Shown: positions 1 to 10,331 of the stretch, in pieces
Layout: the number at the start of each line of letters is the position of its first letter
Position numbering within the stretch: the stretch's first letter is position 1
Origin: Deltaproteobacteria bacterium
Lineage (GTDB): Bacteria; Bdellovibrionota; JACOXK01
Length of the DNA: 64,000 nt
NCBI GenBank assembly: GCA_016186995.1
Contig: JACPKQ010000020.1
Coordinates: 9,330 to 73,329, forward strand
Direction of reading: 5' to 3'
Notes under the pieces: generated by a model
What the model was told of the DNA's origin: nothing
The model's database searches: none
What the model saw: only the letters and a program-made list of their open reading frames with translations
Program-made: the position numbers and the translations under genes

Positions 1-121
1 CCACAGAGGCAAAACAAAAGTTGAAATTGGAGAATGGACAAAATATAAAGTTCATGGTGAGTGGAAAAAAGATCACCAAGGTTTTATAGCAAAAGATAAA
101 TGTTCTATTTGTCATTATTAA
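1..121 (+). CDS. actA: Alternative complex III multihaem cytochrome ActA, 3' end (partial; not in ORF track)
   Basis: Frame from nt 2 reads HRGKTK...KDKCSICHY*, with a terminal CxxCH 4 nt before actB. Confidence 0.8.
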   Translation, partial: HRGKTKVEIGEWTKYKVHGEWKKDHQGFIAKDKCSICHY

Positions 122-125
122 CGAT

Positions 126-3053
126 ATGAAAACAGAAAAAACATATTGGAAAAGTTTTGAAGAGATTGCCGCGTTGTCTTCGACTCCTCGCAATGACAAT
201 GGGGGCGACACATCGTTTGATATTTCAAGAAGAAAGTTTCTATCTCTTTTAGGGGCTTCAATGGCACTGGCCACTACAAGTTGTAGAAGGCCCATTCATA
301 AAATTATTCCTTTTGTCAAAGAATCTGAAGCTGCTAAGCCCGGAATTGCAGAATATTACGCTTCTTCTTACCCTATCAGTGATCACTCACTCGGCGTTCT
401 TGTAAAAACAAGAGAAGGTAGACCCATAAAAATAGAAGGAAACCCAGAGCACCCCTTAAGTTTAGGAGGAACAAACAGTTTTGTACAAGCTTCTGTCCTT
501 GAACTATATGATCCAGATCGTCTTCGAACACCTAAGATTAAAAATAAAAAAGTTTCCGTTGAGGAATGGGATTATTTAACCTCTTCCATCTTGCGACATG
601 CTCACAAAGAAAAAAAAGTAGTGAGAATCCTCACAGAATCAACGGGAAGCCCGACCTTAAGAAATACACTGAACAGTTTTGTTTCTCAATTTTCAAATGC
701 AAAGTGGTATGAATACGAGCCTTTCTCTCATGAAAACAGTCGGGCTGCTTACAAAGCTTCTTTTGGCAAGGCTCATAAACCAAAAATTCACCTTGAAAAA
801 GCAAACGTTATTTTAAGTTTAAATTCTGATTTTTTAGGGGCTGATCTTTCAGCACCCACCTACATTAAAAATTGGACTTCAAAAAGAAAAGTTCACGATG
901 TAAGCGCCACCATGAGCCGGCTTTATGCAGTTGAAAGCAGATTCTCTCTTACAGGTGCTAATGCTGATCATAGGCTTGCTTTAAAGCCCTCAGAACTTCT
1001 TATTTTTGCTCTCAATTTAGCTCAACTTTTGACTCATGATTTTGACGGAAAAAAAATACCTTCTTTCAAACACCGTTCTTCTTTTTCAGAAGAATTTATA
1101 AAAACAGTGGCAGAAGATCTTGCCTCTAACAAAAAGAAATCACTTGTTGTTGTAGGAGATCAAGAGAGCGAAGAACTGCACATAGTTGGAAACTTTTTAA
1201 ACTTTATCCTTGGAAATTATGGAGAAACAATCTCTCGTAAAATTCAATCACCTTCTTTTTTCAATGGAATAAAATCTATGACACCGCTTATTGAAGAACT
1301 TGAAAAAGAAAAAGTAGATGTTTTGATAACGCTAGGAGGTAATCCTGTTTATCATCTTGGTGAAAAATTTAGAGAAGCTCTTTCAAAAGTAAAAGAAAGC
1401 ATTCGTGTGAGCCTTTATGAAGATGAAACAGCACACTCTTCAACTTATATTGCGCCTCTTTCTCATTATTTAGAATCCTGGAGTGATCAAGAACCGGAAA
1501 CAGGGCTTTACAGCGTGGGACAACCTACCATTCAACCCCTCTACCCCTCAAAAAGCATGGGGGAAGTTTTAGTTCTTTGGGGTGCTGCGCTTGAAAAAAA
1601 AGAAATAGATGCACTTCAAGTGTGGAGAAACGCCATTAAATCTTACGCGCAAAAAAGTACAAATACGACATGGAAAAAACTTCTCCATGATGGTGTTGTT
1701 AAAACAGACAAAATCTCTCCACAAAATTATGAATTTAATATGGCTGCTTTAGAATCCACGCTCATGCTTGTGGCATCACGAGCAGAGCGTAATGACAGCG
1801 GTGATGATATTTTTGAACTTCAACTTGAACCTAGTTCTAAGGTATGGGACGGGCGTTTTGCTAACAGTGCTTGGCTCCAAGAACTGCCACACCCGGTTAC
1901 AAAAGTAACGTGGGATAACGTTGCCTCCATGAGCCCTGAGACAGCAAAAAACTTAAATGTCACACAAGAAAATAAAATTGAAATAACCGCCAATGGCGCA
2001 AGCCTCGTACTTCCTGTATTTATACAACCTGGACTTGCTCAAAACGTCATTACAACAGAAATAGGTTACGGAAGAACGCATGCAGGATCTGTAGGAAGTC
2101 ATGTTGGGGTTAATGTCTTTCCTCTTATTCAAGCAACTAACATTAAAGTTCAAAAAGTTTCTGGCAGTCACGAAGTAGCAACAACGCAAAAACACCATGA
2201 TCTGATGGGTCGACCTATTATTTTTGAATCGACCCTCGAAGAATACAAACAAGAACCCGATTTTCCAAAAAAACAACATCATGTACCTGAAATGCATTCT
2301 ATGTATAAAAATGACCATGAATACAAAGGGCATAAATGGGGTATGACCATTGATCTTAACAGTTGTGTTGGGTGTAACGGATGTGTCACAGCGTGCGATT
2401 CTGAAAATAATATTCCGGTTGTAGGCAAAGAACAAGTTCTTAAAGGTAGAGAAATGCAGTGGATGAGAATTGATCGCTATTACGATACAACAAATGAACA
2501 CTCACCTACCGTGCTTCACCAACCTATGCTGTGCCAGCATTGTGAAAATGCACCTTGTGAAAATGTATGCCCCGTTGTAGCAACCACACATTCTGACGAA
2601 GGTTTAAATCAAATGATTTATAACCGATGTGTAGGAACTCGTTATTGTGCTAATAACTGCCCTTATAAAGTAAGACGTTTTAACTTCTTCAATTTTAATT
2701 ATGATATGCAATCTCCAGAAGAACTTGGAAAAAATCCTGATGTCACAGTTCGCTTTCGAGGGGTTATGGAAAAATGTTCCTTCTGCGTTCAAAGAATTCA
2801 TGATGGAAAACATGCAGCAAAAATGGAAGGCGTTTCACTTCAAGACGGAAAAATTAAAACAGCGTGTCAACAAGCCTGTCCTGCAGAGGCCATTGTATTT
2901 GGAGACCTCAATGATCCGAACTCTTCAGTTTCAAAACTTTCAAACCTCTCACACGGCTATCATGTACTTGGGGATCTCAATGTAAAACCTTCTATTACCT
3001 ATTTAGCTAAAGTAAGAAATTACCATCCAAACCTTTTTAAATTTTATGAATAA
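126..3053 (+). CDS. actB: Alternative complex III subunit ActB (molybdopterin-oxidoreductase-like + Fe-S)
   Basis: YWKS start, SRRKFL Tat motif, [15 protein letters not shown]-terminal Fe-S motifs [29 protein letters not shown]. Confidence 0.95.
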   Translation: MKTEKTYWKSFEEIAALSSTPRNDNGGDTSFDISRRKFLSLLGASMALATTSCRRPIHKIIPFVKESEAAKPGIAEYYASSYPISDHSLGVLVKTREGRPIKIEGNPEHPLSLGGTNSFVQASVLELYDPDRLRTPKIKNKKVSVEEWDYLTSSILRHAHKEKKVVRILTESTGSPTLRNTLNSFVSQFSNAKWYEYEPFSHENSRAAYKASFGKAHKPKIHLEKANVILSLNSDFLGADLSAPTYIKNWTSKRKVHDVSATMSRLYAVESRFSLTGANADHRLALKPSELLIFALNLAQLLTHDFDGKKIPSFKHRSSFSEEFIKTVAEDLASNKKKSLVVVGDQESEELHIVGNFLNFILGNYGETISRKIQSPSFFNGIKSMTPLIEELEKEKVDVLITLGGNPVYHLGEKFREALSKVKESIRVSLYEDETAHSSTYIAPLSHYLESWSDQEPETGLYSVGQPTIQPLYPSKSMGEVLVLWGAALEKKEIDALQVWRNAIKSYAQKSTNTTWKKLLHDGVVKTDKISPQNYEFNMAALESTLMLVASRAERNDSGDDIFELQLEPSSKVWDGRFANSAWLQELPHPVTKVTWDNVASMSPETAKNLNVTQENKIEITANGASLVLPVFIQPGLAQNVITTEIGYGRTHAGSVGSHVGVNVFPLIQATNIKVQKVSGSHEVATTQKHHDLMGRPIIFESTLEEYKQEPDFPKKQHHVPEMHSMYKNDHEYKGHKWGMTIDLNSCVGCNGCVTACDSENNIPVVGKEQVLKGREMQWMRIDRYYDTTNEHSPTVLHQPMLCQHCENAPCENVCPVVATTHSDEGLNQMIYNRCVGTRYCANNCPYKVRRFNFFNFNYDMQSPEELGKNPDVTVRFRGVMEKCSFCVQRIHDGKHAAKMEGVSLQDGKIKTACQQACPAEAIVFGDLNDPNSSVSKLSNLSHGYHVLGDLNVKPSITYLAKVRNYHPNLFKFYE
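162..197 (-). repeat. GTCA-footed palindromic repeat, in frame in actB
   Basis: Minus strand GTCATTGCGAGGAGTCGAAGACAACGCGGCAATCTC; 2 mismatches to the copy at 37548-37581. Confidence 0.85.
1752..1796 (-). repeat. GTCA-footed hairpin, in frame in actB
   Basis: ACGCTC-A-TGCTTGTG-GCAT-CACGAGCA-GAGCGT stem followed by AATGAC. Confidence 0.65.
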
Positions 3054-4428
3054 TACACAAACCTTAGACATTTTAGGAAATGAACCTCTTGTTTTAGGGC
3101 ATCAAACTCGCTCTGAGATCACTGAAATGGTCGCAAGGCCCTTAGATACATTTCCAAATAAAAAATGGTTTATTGCTTTTTTGGTTGCAATAAGCATTCT
3201 TGCTATGGGGTTAAGTTGCATAGGCTGGACTTTTTACAATGGTATTGGAGTGTGGGGAAATAATAACCCTGTGGGTTGGGGTTTTGATATTGTAAACTTT
3301 GTTTTCTGGATTGGGATTGGCCATGCCGGCACTTTGATTTCAGCCATTCTTTATTTGTTTAGGCAAAAGTGGCGTTGCTCTATTAACCGTGCAGCTGAAG
3401 CCATGACTATTTTTGCAGTCATGTGTGCTGGACTTTTTCCTTTGATTCACCTTGGACGCCCTTGGCTTGCATTTTGGCTTTTTCCTCTTCCCAATCAAAT
3501 GGATTTATGGGTGAATTTTAGATCCCCACTTCTTTGGGACGTCTTTGCTGTTTCAACCTATGCAACTGTTTCGCTTCTTTTTTGGTACATGGGTCTTATT
3601 CCTGATTTAGCAACTCTAAGAGACAGAACAAAAAATAAATTTAAAAAAACAATTTACGCTATTCTTTCTTTGGGTTGGCGTGGCTCTATGCGACAGTGGA
3701 ATCACTATGAAACTGCCTACATGATTTTTGCAGGGCTTGGGACCCCTCTTGTTCTATCTGTTCACACCATTGTGAGTTTTGACTTTGCAACCTCTGTTAT
3801 CCCAGGTTGGCACGCAACTATCTTTCCACCCTATTTTGTTGCAGGTGCTATTTTTGGTGGTTTTGCCATGGTTTTACTTCTTATGGTACTCACTCGACAG
3901 TTCTTCAACCTGCAAGGGCTTATCACAATGGCACATTTTGATGCCATGAATAAAGTTATTTTAGTCACAAGTCTTATCATCGGCTATGCCTATACCACTG
4001 AATTTTTTACAGCGTGGTATTCTGGAAACACATTTGAATTTTATGCATTTTGGAATCGTGCTACAGGCCCCTACGCCTGGAGTTATTGGATTATGGTCAG
4101 CTGCAATGTTTTAGCTCCACAACTTTTATGGTTTAAGAAATTTAGAAAAAGTATTCCTGTGATGTTTGGTGTCTCTATTGCTGTCACTATCGGTATGTGG
4201 TTTGAAAGATTCGTTATTATCGTCACCTCTCTCTCCAGGGATTTTCTTCCAAGCTCATGGGGCATGTATATTCCAACACAGTACGATGTTGGTATACTTC
4301 TAGGATCTTTTGGGCTGTTCTTCACACTTTATCTTCTTTTTGTAAGAGTTCTTCCTGTAATCTCCATCAGTGAAATTAAAGGAATCATGAAACACAGTGC
4401 GCCAGTAGGAGAAAAAGACGATGTTTAA
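3046..4428 (+). CDS. actC: ACIII quinol-binding subunit ActC (NrfD/PsrC family)
   Basis: [46 protein letters not shown]. Confidence 0.95.
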   Translation: MNNTQTLDILGNEPLVLGHQTRSEITEMVARPLDTFPNKKWFIAFLVAISILAMGLSCIGWTFYNGIGVWGNNNPVGWGFDIVNFVFWIGIGHAGTLISAILYLFRQKWRCSINRAAEAMTIFAVMCAGLFPLIHLGRPWLAFWLFPLPNQMDLWVNFRSPLLWDVFAVSTYATVSLLFWYMGLIPDLATLRDRTKNKFKKTIYAILSLGWRGSMRQWNHYETAYMIFAGLGTPLVLSVHTIVSFDFATSVIPGWHATIFPPYFVAGAIFGGFAMVLLLMVLTRQFFNLQGLITMAHFDAMNKVILVTSLIIGYAYTTEFFTAWYSGNTFEFYAFWNRATGPYAWSYWIMVSCNVLAPQLLWFKKFRKSIPVMFGVSIAVTIGMWFERFVIIVTSLSRDFLPSSWGMYIPTQYDVGILLGSFGLFFTLYLLFVRVLPVISISEIKGIMKHSAPVGEKDDV

Positions 4429-5002
4429 AAAAATTCTTTCAAAAATTCCTTTTTTACAGAAAAAGAAAACTTATAAAGGTTTAGCTTGCCAGTTTGGAGA
4501 ACCTACCCATCTTTTGGAATCAGTGAAAGATTTAAAGGAACTGGGGCTTTCAAATATAGAGGTTTATACACCTTATCCTGTTCATGGCCTTGAAAAGGTC
4601 TTAGATCTACCACGCTCTCAAGTACCTTGGATAAGTCTGATTGCAGGCCTTATAGGTTTTGTTGTAGCTGTCGCCATGCAGTGGTGGATGAGCGCTGTGA
4701 GTTATAAAATAAATGTCGGGGGGAAACCTTTGTTCTCAGGCCCTGCTTTTGTTCCTATTATGTTTGAAGTAACAGTTCTTTTTGCAGCACTGGCTACCTT
4801 TGTAGGCCTTTGGGTCTTCTGTGGCCTTCCCAAATTTGCATCACCTTTTGAAAATGATGAAAGAGCTCTTCGCTCTACGAATGACGAATTTACACTTTAT
4901 GTGTGTACTTCAGATCCACAATTTGATGAATCTAAAATTCGCAATGTCTTAAGTTCCAAAAAATGCTTCAACATTCGATACTTGGGAGAAGAGGGAGAAT
5001 GA
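4421..5002 (+). CDS. actD: ACIII subunit ActD (DUF3341)
   Basis: [18 protein letters not shown] motifs; operon position. Confidence 0.9.
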   Translation: MFKKILSKIPFLQKKKTYKGLACQFGEPTHLLESVKDLKELGLSNIEVYTPYPVHGLEKVLDLPRSQVPWISLIAGLIGFVVAVAMQWWMSAVSYKINVGGKPLFSGPAFVPIMFEVTVLFAALATFVGLWVFCGLPKFASPFENDERALRSTNDEFTLYVCTSDPQFDESKIRNVLSSKKCFNIRYLGEEGE

Positions 5003-5514
5003 AACTTAAGTTCTTGAAATGGCTGTATCCTCAAAAAATCTATGTTTCAAAAATTTTTTTGATACTCTTCTTTATAAGTATTAATATAGGATGTTCTAAG
5101 GGAAAACCTCCACTTATGATTATTCCTGATATGGATGATCAACAAAAAGTAAAACCACAAACTGCTCTACACATACCTCCAGAAGAAACTGTTGCTCGTG
5201 GAAGTTTAGAAGAAAACAAAACAAAATTAGAAATGACCCCTCGAAACATCAGTCGAGGTGATTTTCTCTTTCAAACTTATTGTATGCCCTGCCACGGAAA
5301 CGATGGTGAGGGCAATGGTCCTGTTGTTCAAAGAGGTTATATTCCTCCACCCCCCCTTATCACAGGGCGAGTCAAAGGGTGGAAAGATGAAGAAATCTAT
5401 AACGTCATTGCAGAAGGCCAAGGAACCATGCCTTCTTACAAACACCTTGTTTCATCCAAAGATAGACAAGCTATTATATCCTATTTAAGAAAAAAACAGA
5501 GCGAGGCACAATAA
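4999..5514 (+). CDS. actE: ACIII monohaem cytochrome c lipoprotein ActE
   Basis: IGC lipobox, PDMDDQ, single CMPCH, GTMPSY; ATG overlaps actD stop (ATGA). Confidence 0.85.
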   Translation: MKLKFLKWLYPQKIYVSKIFLILFFISINIGCSKGKPPLMIIPDMDDQQKVKPQTALHIPPEETVARGSLEENKTKLEMTPRNISRGDFLFQTYCMPCHGNDGEGNGPVVQRGYIPPPPLITGRVKGWKDEEIYNVIAEGQGTMPSYKHLVSSKDRQAIISYLRKKQSEAQ

Positions 5515-5518
5515 AACG

Positions 5519-6697
5519 ATGAATATAACTAACATTTCAGAAGCACATGTTTACATCAATCCAGAAGATCGCATTCATAAATTAAAAACAATAGCGCTGG
5601 TTTTATTTGTTTTAACCTCAGCTCATTTTGTTATTTCTTTCTTAGCCTCTCCGAAACATGCTTTATTTAATTATCTTCTTTCCTTTTCAAATACTATGAG
5701 CCTTGCGCTCGCAGGACTTTTTTGGACTTTGGTTCATCATGCAACAAAAGCACACTGGAGTGTTGTTATAAGACGCATTTCAGAATCTTTTACTTTTGTC
5801 ATTCCCTTTGGACTCCTTTTAACCATTCCGCTTTTTCTAGGACTCGATGTTCTTTACACATGGTCGCACGATCACCATTTGCAACATAAAGCTCTCTATC
5901 TTAATGATGTTTTTTTTATTTTAAGAACCATTTTTTATTTTTCGATATGGCTATTGATTTACTTTAAAGTTGTAAAACCTTCTTACAAGCAAGACCAAGT
6001 AGAAGATCTTTCAATTACACAAAACATGTGGAAGTGGAGTTGTATTGGCCTTGTTCTTTTTGGTTTCACAATCTCTTTTGCTGCCATTGATTGGCTGATG
6101 ACACTTGATCCACATTGGTTTAGCACTATTTTTGGCGTTTATTATTTTGCTGGCTCTATTGTTGCTGGATTAGCTGCAATGATTCTTATTATTTCTTTAC
6201 TTAAAAAACATGGCTACCTTCAGGTACTCAACGAAAACCATCTTCATGATTTAGGAAAACTTCTTTTTGGTATGAATGTATTTTGGGCTTATATTGCTTT
6301 TTCTCAGTATCTTCTTATTTGGTATGGAAATATTCCTGAAGAAACCATCTTTTTTCACAAAAGAACTGTGGGTAGTTGGAATGAAGCCTCTCTTTTTCTT
6401 CCTTTAGGACATTTTTTAATTCCTTTTATGGTTTTACTTTCTCGCAGTGCAAAAAGAAATATAACTATTTTATCTCTCGCTTCCATTTGGCTTCTTTTGA
6501 TGCATTATGTTGATCTTTACTGGCTTATCATGCCAAACTTTTCACCTGAAAAAGCACCCTTAGGACTTTTAGAAGTATGTGGATGGGTGTGGTCTTTAAG
6601 TCTTGTTTTTATCATTGTTATTAAAATACTTGGAAAACATCCGCTGATTCCCCTTAAAGACCCACAACTACAAGTATCACTTGAACACCATCAATAA
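5519..6697 (+). CDS. actF: ACIII membrane subunit ActF
   Basis: DWLMTLDPHWFSTIFG, HDLGKLLFG, QYLLIWYGNIPEE. Confidence 0.9.
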   Translation: MNITNISEAHVYINPEDRIHKLKTIALVLFVLTSAHFVISFLASPKHALFNYLLSFSNTMSLALAGLFWTLVHHATKAHWSVVIRRISESFTFVIPFGLLLTIPLFLGLDVLYTWSHDHHLQHKALYLNDVFFILRTIFYFSIWLLIYFKVVKPSYKQDQVEDLSITQNMWKWSCIGLVLFGFTISFAAIDWLMTLDPHWFSTIFGVYYFAGSIVAGLAAMILIISLLKKHGYLQVLNENHLHDLGKLLFGMNVFWAYIAFSQYLLIWYGNIPEETIFFHKRTVGSWNEASLFLPLGHFLIPFMVLLSRSAKRNITILSLASIWLLLMHYVDLYWLIMPNFSPEKAPLGLLEVCGWVWSLSLVFIIVIKILGKHPLIPLKDPQLQVSLEHHQ

Positions 6698-6745
6698 AAA
6701 ATAGTTTTTATTTCCAATAGCTTTCTTTGTTGTTATATTTATCTT

Positions 6746-7816
6746 ATGGCACGTTTTTTAAGAAAACGGGTTAAGAAAAGAGGTAAACCCCCTGGGACTC
6801 TCATTTATGTTGGTGATCATTCTGTAGAAAACATCAAAGTAAGACTTATCAGTTTTACTCAAGACAATTTTATAGAAAAAGAAATCCAAAAAATTGAAGA
6901 TTGCCTTCCTGAAAGCCACGATGAAAAAACCGTAACGTGGATCAAAATCGAAGGACTCTCTGATACAAAAACCATTAGAGAAATTGGAGAGATCTTTGAT
7001 ATTCACAATCTTTGGCTTGAAGATGTTTTGAATACTGACCACAGACCTAAAATGGAAGAACTAGAAGATCTTGTTTTTTTAATCTTAAAAACGGTCATCA
7101 TGAACGGTAAAAAAACAAAGGATTTTCGTTTGAGTCAAGTCAGTTTATTTTTGGGTAATAATTTTGTTATCTCTTTTGAAGATGAGCCTAGCGACCTTTT
7201 TGATACAGTTATTCAAAGAATTAAAATTGCTAAAGGAAGAATTAGATCTTCTCACATTGATTATCTTTTCTTTTCCCTCATAGATACTTGTGTAGATTCT
7301 TACTATCCTCTTGTCGAAAAAATAGGAAAAGCTGCAGACACACTTGAAATAAGAGTTTTAAAAAATAACTCAAATGACATTACTCATAAAATCGCTGAAC
7401 TTAAAAGTGATCTTATTTATCTTAAAAAATCAGCAGGGCCTTTAAAAGAAAGTTTACAAAAAATTTATAAAAGTGAAAACAGTAGTATTCATGAAAAAAC
7501 AAGATTTTATCTTTCTGATACCTATGATCACATCGTTCATATTTGTGATACCATAGATAGTTATAAAGAAATGCTAATTGGCTTGCTCGGCATTTATGCT
7601 TCTCAGATGAGCCACAAAATGAATGAAATCATGAAGTTTCTTACTATTTTCGCCTCTATTTTTATTCCTCTTACTTTCATTGTGGGTATTTATGGTATGA
7701 ATTTTAAAAACATGCCAGAAATTGATTGGAAATGGGGGTATTATTCGGTATGGATTATTATGATTACTATCACTTCAGGATTGCTTTATTGGTTTAAAAA
7801 GAAAGATTGGCTTTAA
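6746..7816 (+). CDS. corA: Magnesium/cobalt transporter CorA
   Basis: GIYGMNFKNMPE signature; two C-terminal TM helices. Confidence 0.95.
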   Translation: MARFLRKRVKKRGKPPGTLIYVGDHSVENIKVRLISFTQDNFIEKEIQKIEDCLPESHDEKTVTWIKIEGLSDTKTIREIGEIFDIHNLWLEDVLNTDHRPKMEELEDLVFLILKTVIMNGKKTKDFRLSQVSLFLGNNFVISFEDEPSDLFDTVIQRIKIAKGRIRSSHIDYLFFSLIDTCVDSYYPLVEKIGKAADTLEIRVLKNNSNDITHKIAELKSDLIYLKKSAGPLKESLQKIYKSENSSIHEKTRFYLSDTYDHIVHICDTIDSYKEMLIGLLGIYASQMSHKMNEIMKFLTIFASIFIPLTFIVGIYGMNFKNMPEIDWKWGYYSVWIIMITITSGLLYWFKKKDWL

Positions 7817-8140
7817 TTAAAGCACTTCATCTAAATCGACAAGTAGGGTATCTCCTAAATCTTCTATTTTAAAAACAGGAAGTGAATCTTTGGCTGGCGC
7901 ACAAAGTGCACGTCCATCTCGAAGATCAAACTTGGCGCCATGAAAGGGGCATTCAATGACTGTTCCTTTTAAACATCCTGAAGAAAGAGGTTCATCCCGA
8001 TGTGTACACAGATCTAAAAAAGCATAATACGTCCCTTCGACCTCTGTAAGAGCTATTTGTATACCATGACTTAAAAAAACTTTTGAACGTCCTTGTGGGA
8101 TATCAGATTTTCGAATTTTTAGAGTAAATTCTTGAGTCAT
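7817..8140 (-). CDS. Rieske-type ferredoxin of the SUF operon
   Basis: CTH...CPFHG Rieske motifs. Confidence 0.9.
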   Translation of the reverse strand: MTQEFTLKIRKSDIPQGRSKVFLSHGIQIALTEVEGTYYAFLDLCTHRDEPLSSGCLKGTVIECPFHGAKFDLRDGRALCAPAKDSLPVFKIEDLGDTLLVDLDEVL

Positions 8141-8673
8141 ATTAATCCTAATTTTAGTTTAGCTTCTTCGCTCATTCGACTTTGATCCCAAGGAGGATCC
8201 AAAACAATGGCAACATCTACCATTTCAACATTATCAATATTTAAAAGCTTAGACTCAATATCTGATTTTAAAATATCCCCCATCCCGCATCCAGGTGCTG
8301 TTAAAGTAAATCGAACATCAATTTTATATTTTCCATTTTCCAAAGTAACCACATTACAAGCGTACACAAGCCCAAGATTCACAATATCAACAGGAATTTC
8401 TGGATCGTAACAAGTTTTAAGCTCTTCCCAAACTTTTTCTTCAATAGTTTTTGACCCCTGGATCCCCGCCTTCTCCACTACTTTTCCCAAAGCATCAGCA
8501 TCTTTACCATCAATACGAACCATGTAACCCTGATCCGTTGTAACTGTAAAAGCACCCCCTAAAGATTGCGTAATAGTTACCTCTGATCCTTTTTCAAGGT
8601 CCACCTTATAGCCATCAGGAATAACAATGGCCTCAACCTTTCTTGTAAGTTGTACATGTTCTCTTTCTTGCAT
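8137..8673 (-). CDS. sufT: Fe-S assembly protein SufT (DUF59)
   Basis: ITQSLGG, YDPEIPVDIVNLGLVY, TLTAPGCGMG. Confidence 0.9.
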   Translation of the reverse strand: MQEREHVQLTRKVEAIVIPDGYKVDLEKGSEVTITQSLGGAFTVTTDQGYMVRIDGKDADALGKVVEKAGIQGSKTIEEKVWEELKTCYDPEIPVDIVNLGLVYACNVVTLENGKYKIDVRFTLTAPGCGMGDILKSDIESKLLNIDNVEMVDVAIVLDPPWDQSRMSEEAKLKLGLI

Positions 8674-8676
8674 GAT

Positions 8677-9117
8677 TTACTCCGTTGTAACTGCTTTTCT
8701 CTCTCCATGTAAGAGAGATCGTAAAGTGTGCCATGCTAAAACAGCACATTTAACACGTATCGGAAATTCTTGCACCCCTTCAAAAACCTGTAGCTTTCCT
8801 AAATCAACACCTTTAAGCTCTCCCCCCGTAACAAGTCTTTGAAATTCTGCAATGATAGATTCCGCTTCATCAAAGCTTTTATTTTTCATAAACTCTGTCA
8901 TAAGAGATGCTGAGGCTGTGGAAATAGCGCAGCCATTTCCTTCAAAACTGAGATCAGAAATTTTTTTACCTTTAAAAGATGCGTAAATAGTAAATTTATC
9001 TCCACACAAAGGATTATACCCTTCTAAATTTTGTGCCTTTTCTTGTAATTTATGAAAATTACGTGGACTTCTTGAATGATCCACAATCATTTCTTGGTAA
9101 AGTTCGTGTAATGACAT
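8677..9117 (-). CDS. sufU: SufU sulfur-transfer/scaffold protein
   Basis: NPLCGD, GCAISTAS, RVKCA. Confidence 0.92.
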   Translation of the reverse strand: MSLHELYQEMIVDHSRSPRNFHKLQEKAQNLEGYNPLCGDKFTIYASFKGKKISDLSFEGNGCAISTASASLMTEFMKNKSFDEAESIIAEFQRLVTGGELKGVDLGKLQVFEGVQEFPIRVKCAVLAWHTLRSLLHGERKAVTTE

Positions 9118-10322
9118 TATCCCAAAACCTCAAATACTTTTTTAAGTGCTAAAACAAGAAGTGAAATATCTTCTTTTGTATTATAAATACCTAAAGACGC
9201 CCGTACCGTTGCAGGTACTCCATAAAAATTCATAACAGGCTGTGCGCAGTGGTGTCCTGTTCGAACCGCAACCCCCTCTTGATCTAAAATCGTGCCTACA
9301 TCATGAGGGTGTATGTTTTCCACAATAAATGATTGGAGAGCTGCTTTCTTTTCCGCCCTCCCAATCAATTTAATCTTAGGTAGTGTAAGAAGTTGTTCTT
9401 CCATATACTTTAAAAGTTCTTCTTCATATTTTTGAACTTTCTCCATATTCAAAGCACTCAAATAATCAAGAGCGCTTCCTAAACCAATGGCTCCAGCAAT
9501 GTTTGGCGTTCCTGCTTCAAATTTAAAAGGCACATCATTATAAATAGTCTTTTCAAAAGTAACTGATTTAATCATATCTCCACCACCTTGATAGGGCGGC
9601 ATTTTTTCTAAATGTTTAAGTTTTCCATAAAGAACCCCAATCCCTGTAGGGCCATAAATTTTGTGGCCTGATAAAGTATAAAAATCACAATCAAGTGCTT
9701 CAACATCTACTTTTAAATGAGAAGCAGCTTGAGCTCCGTCTACTAAAACAGGAACACCATGGTCATGACAAAAAGAGACTATTTCTTTAATAGGATTAAT
9801 GGTTCCCAAAGCATTTGAAACATGAGCAATTCCTACTATTTTTGTTTTTGGGTTAACAAGTTTTTTAAACTCATCTATGAGAAGTTCTCCTTTTTGATTG
9901 ATAGGCGCTATTTTTAAATGTGCTTTTTTTTCGCTACACAGTATTTGCCATGGAACAATATTAGAATGGTGTTCCATATGGGTAATGAGCACTTCATCTC
10001 CTTCTTGAACTCGTTCTCTTCCAAAGGTTTGAGCGACCAAGTTAATACTTTCTGTTGTGCCACGAGTAAAAATAATCTCTCTTGAATCTTTAGCATGAAT
10101 AAATTTTTGAACTTTTTCTCGGGCGGCTTCATATTCTTTTGTAGCTAATTCACTTAAATAATGAACACCTCTGTGTACATTTGAGTTTTGAGAAGAATAA
10201 TACTTATTCAGTGTATCCATCACTACCTGTGGTTTTTGTGTTGTGGCAGCGCTATCAAGATACACAAGTGGCTTTCCACGAACTTTGATATTAAAAATTG
10301 GAAAATCTTTTCTAACCATCAT
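9117..10322 (-). CDS. sufS: Cysteine desulfurase SufS
   Basis: YLDSAATTQKP, SGHK PLP lysine, RTGHHCAQP. Confidence 0.95.
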   Translation of the reverse strand: MMVRKDFPIFNIKVRGKPLVYLDSAATTQKPQVVMDTLNKYYSSQNSNVHRGVHYLSELATKEYEAAREKVQKFIHAKDSREIIFTRGTTESINLVAQTFGRERVQEGDEVLITHMEHHSNIVPWQILCSEKKAHLKIAPINQKGELLIDEFKKLVNPKTKIVGIAHVSNALGTINPIKEIVSFCHDHGVPVLVDGAQAASHLKVDVEALDCDFYTLSGHKIYGPTGIGVLYGKLKHLEKMPPYQGGGDMIKSVTFEKTIYNDVPFKFEAGTPNIAGAIGLGSALDYLSALNMEKVQKYEEELLKYMEEQLLTLPKIKLIGRAEKKAALQSFIVENIHPHDVGTILDQEGVAVRTGHHCAQPVMNFYGVPATVRASLGIYNTKEDISLLVLALKKVFEVLG

Positions 10323-10331
10323 AAATACCTC

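Noticed and set aside
5021-5065. AT-rich inverted repeat in the actE 5' region
   Set aside because: Low-complexity A/T pairing with no family foot; probably chance.
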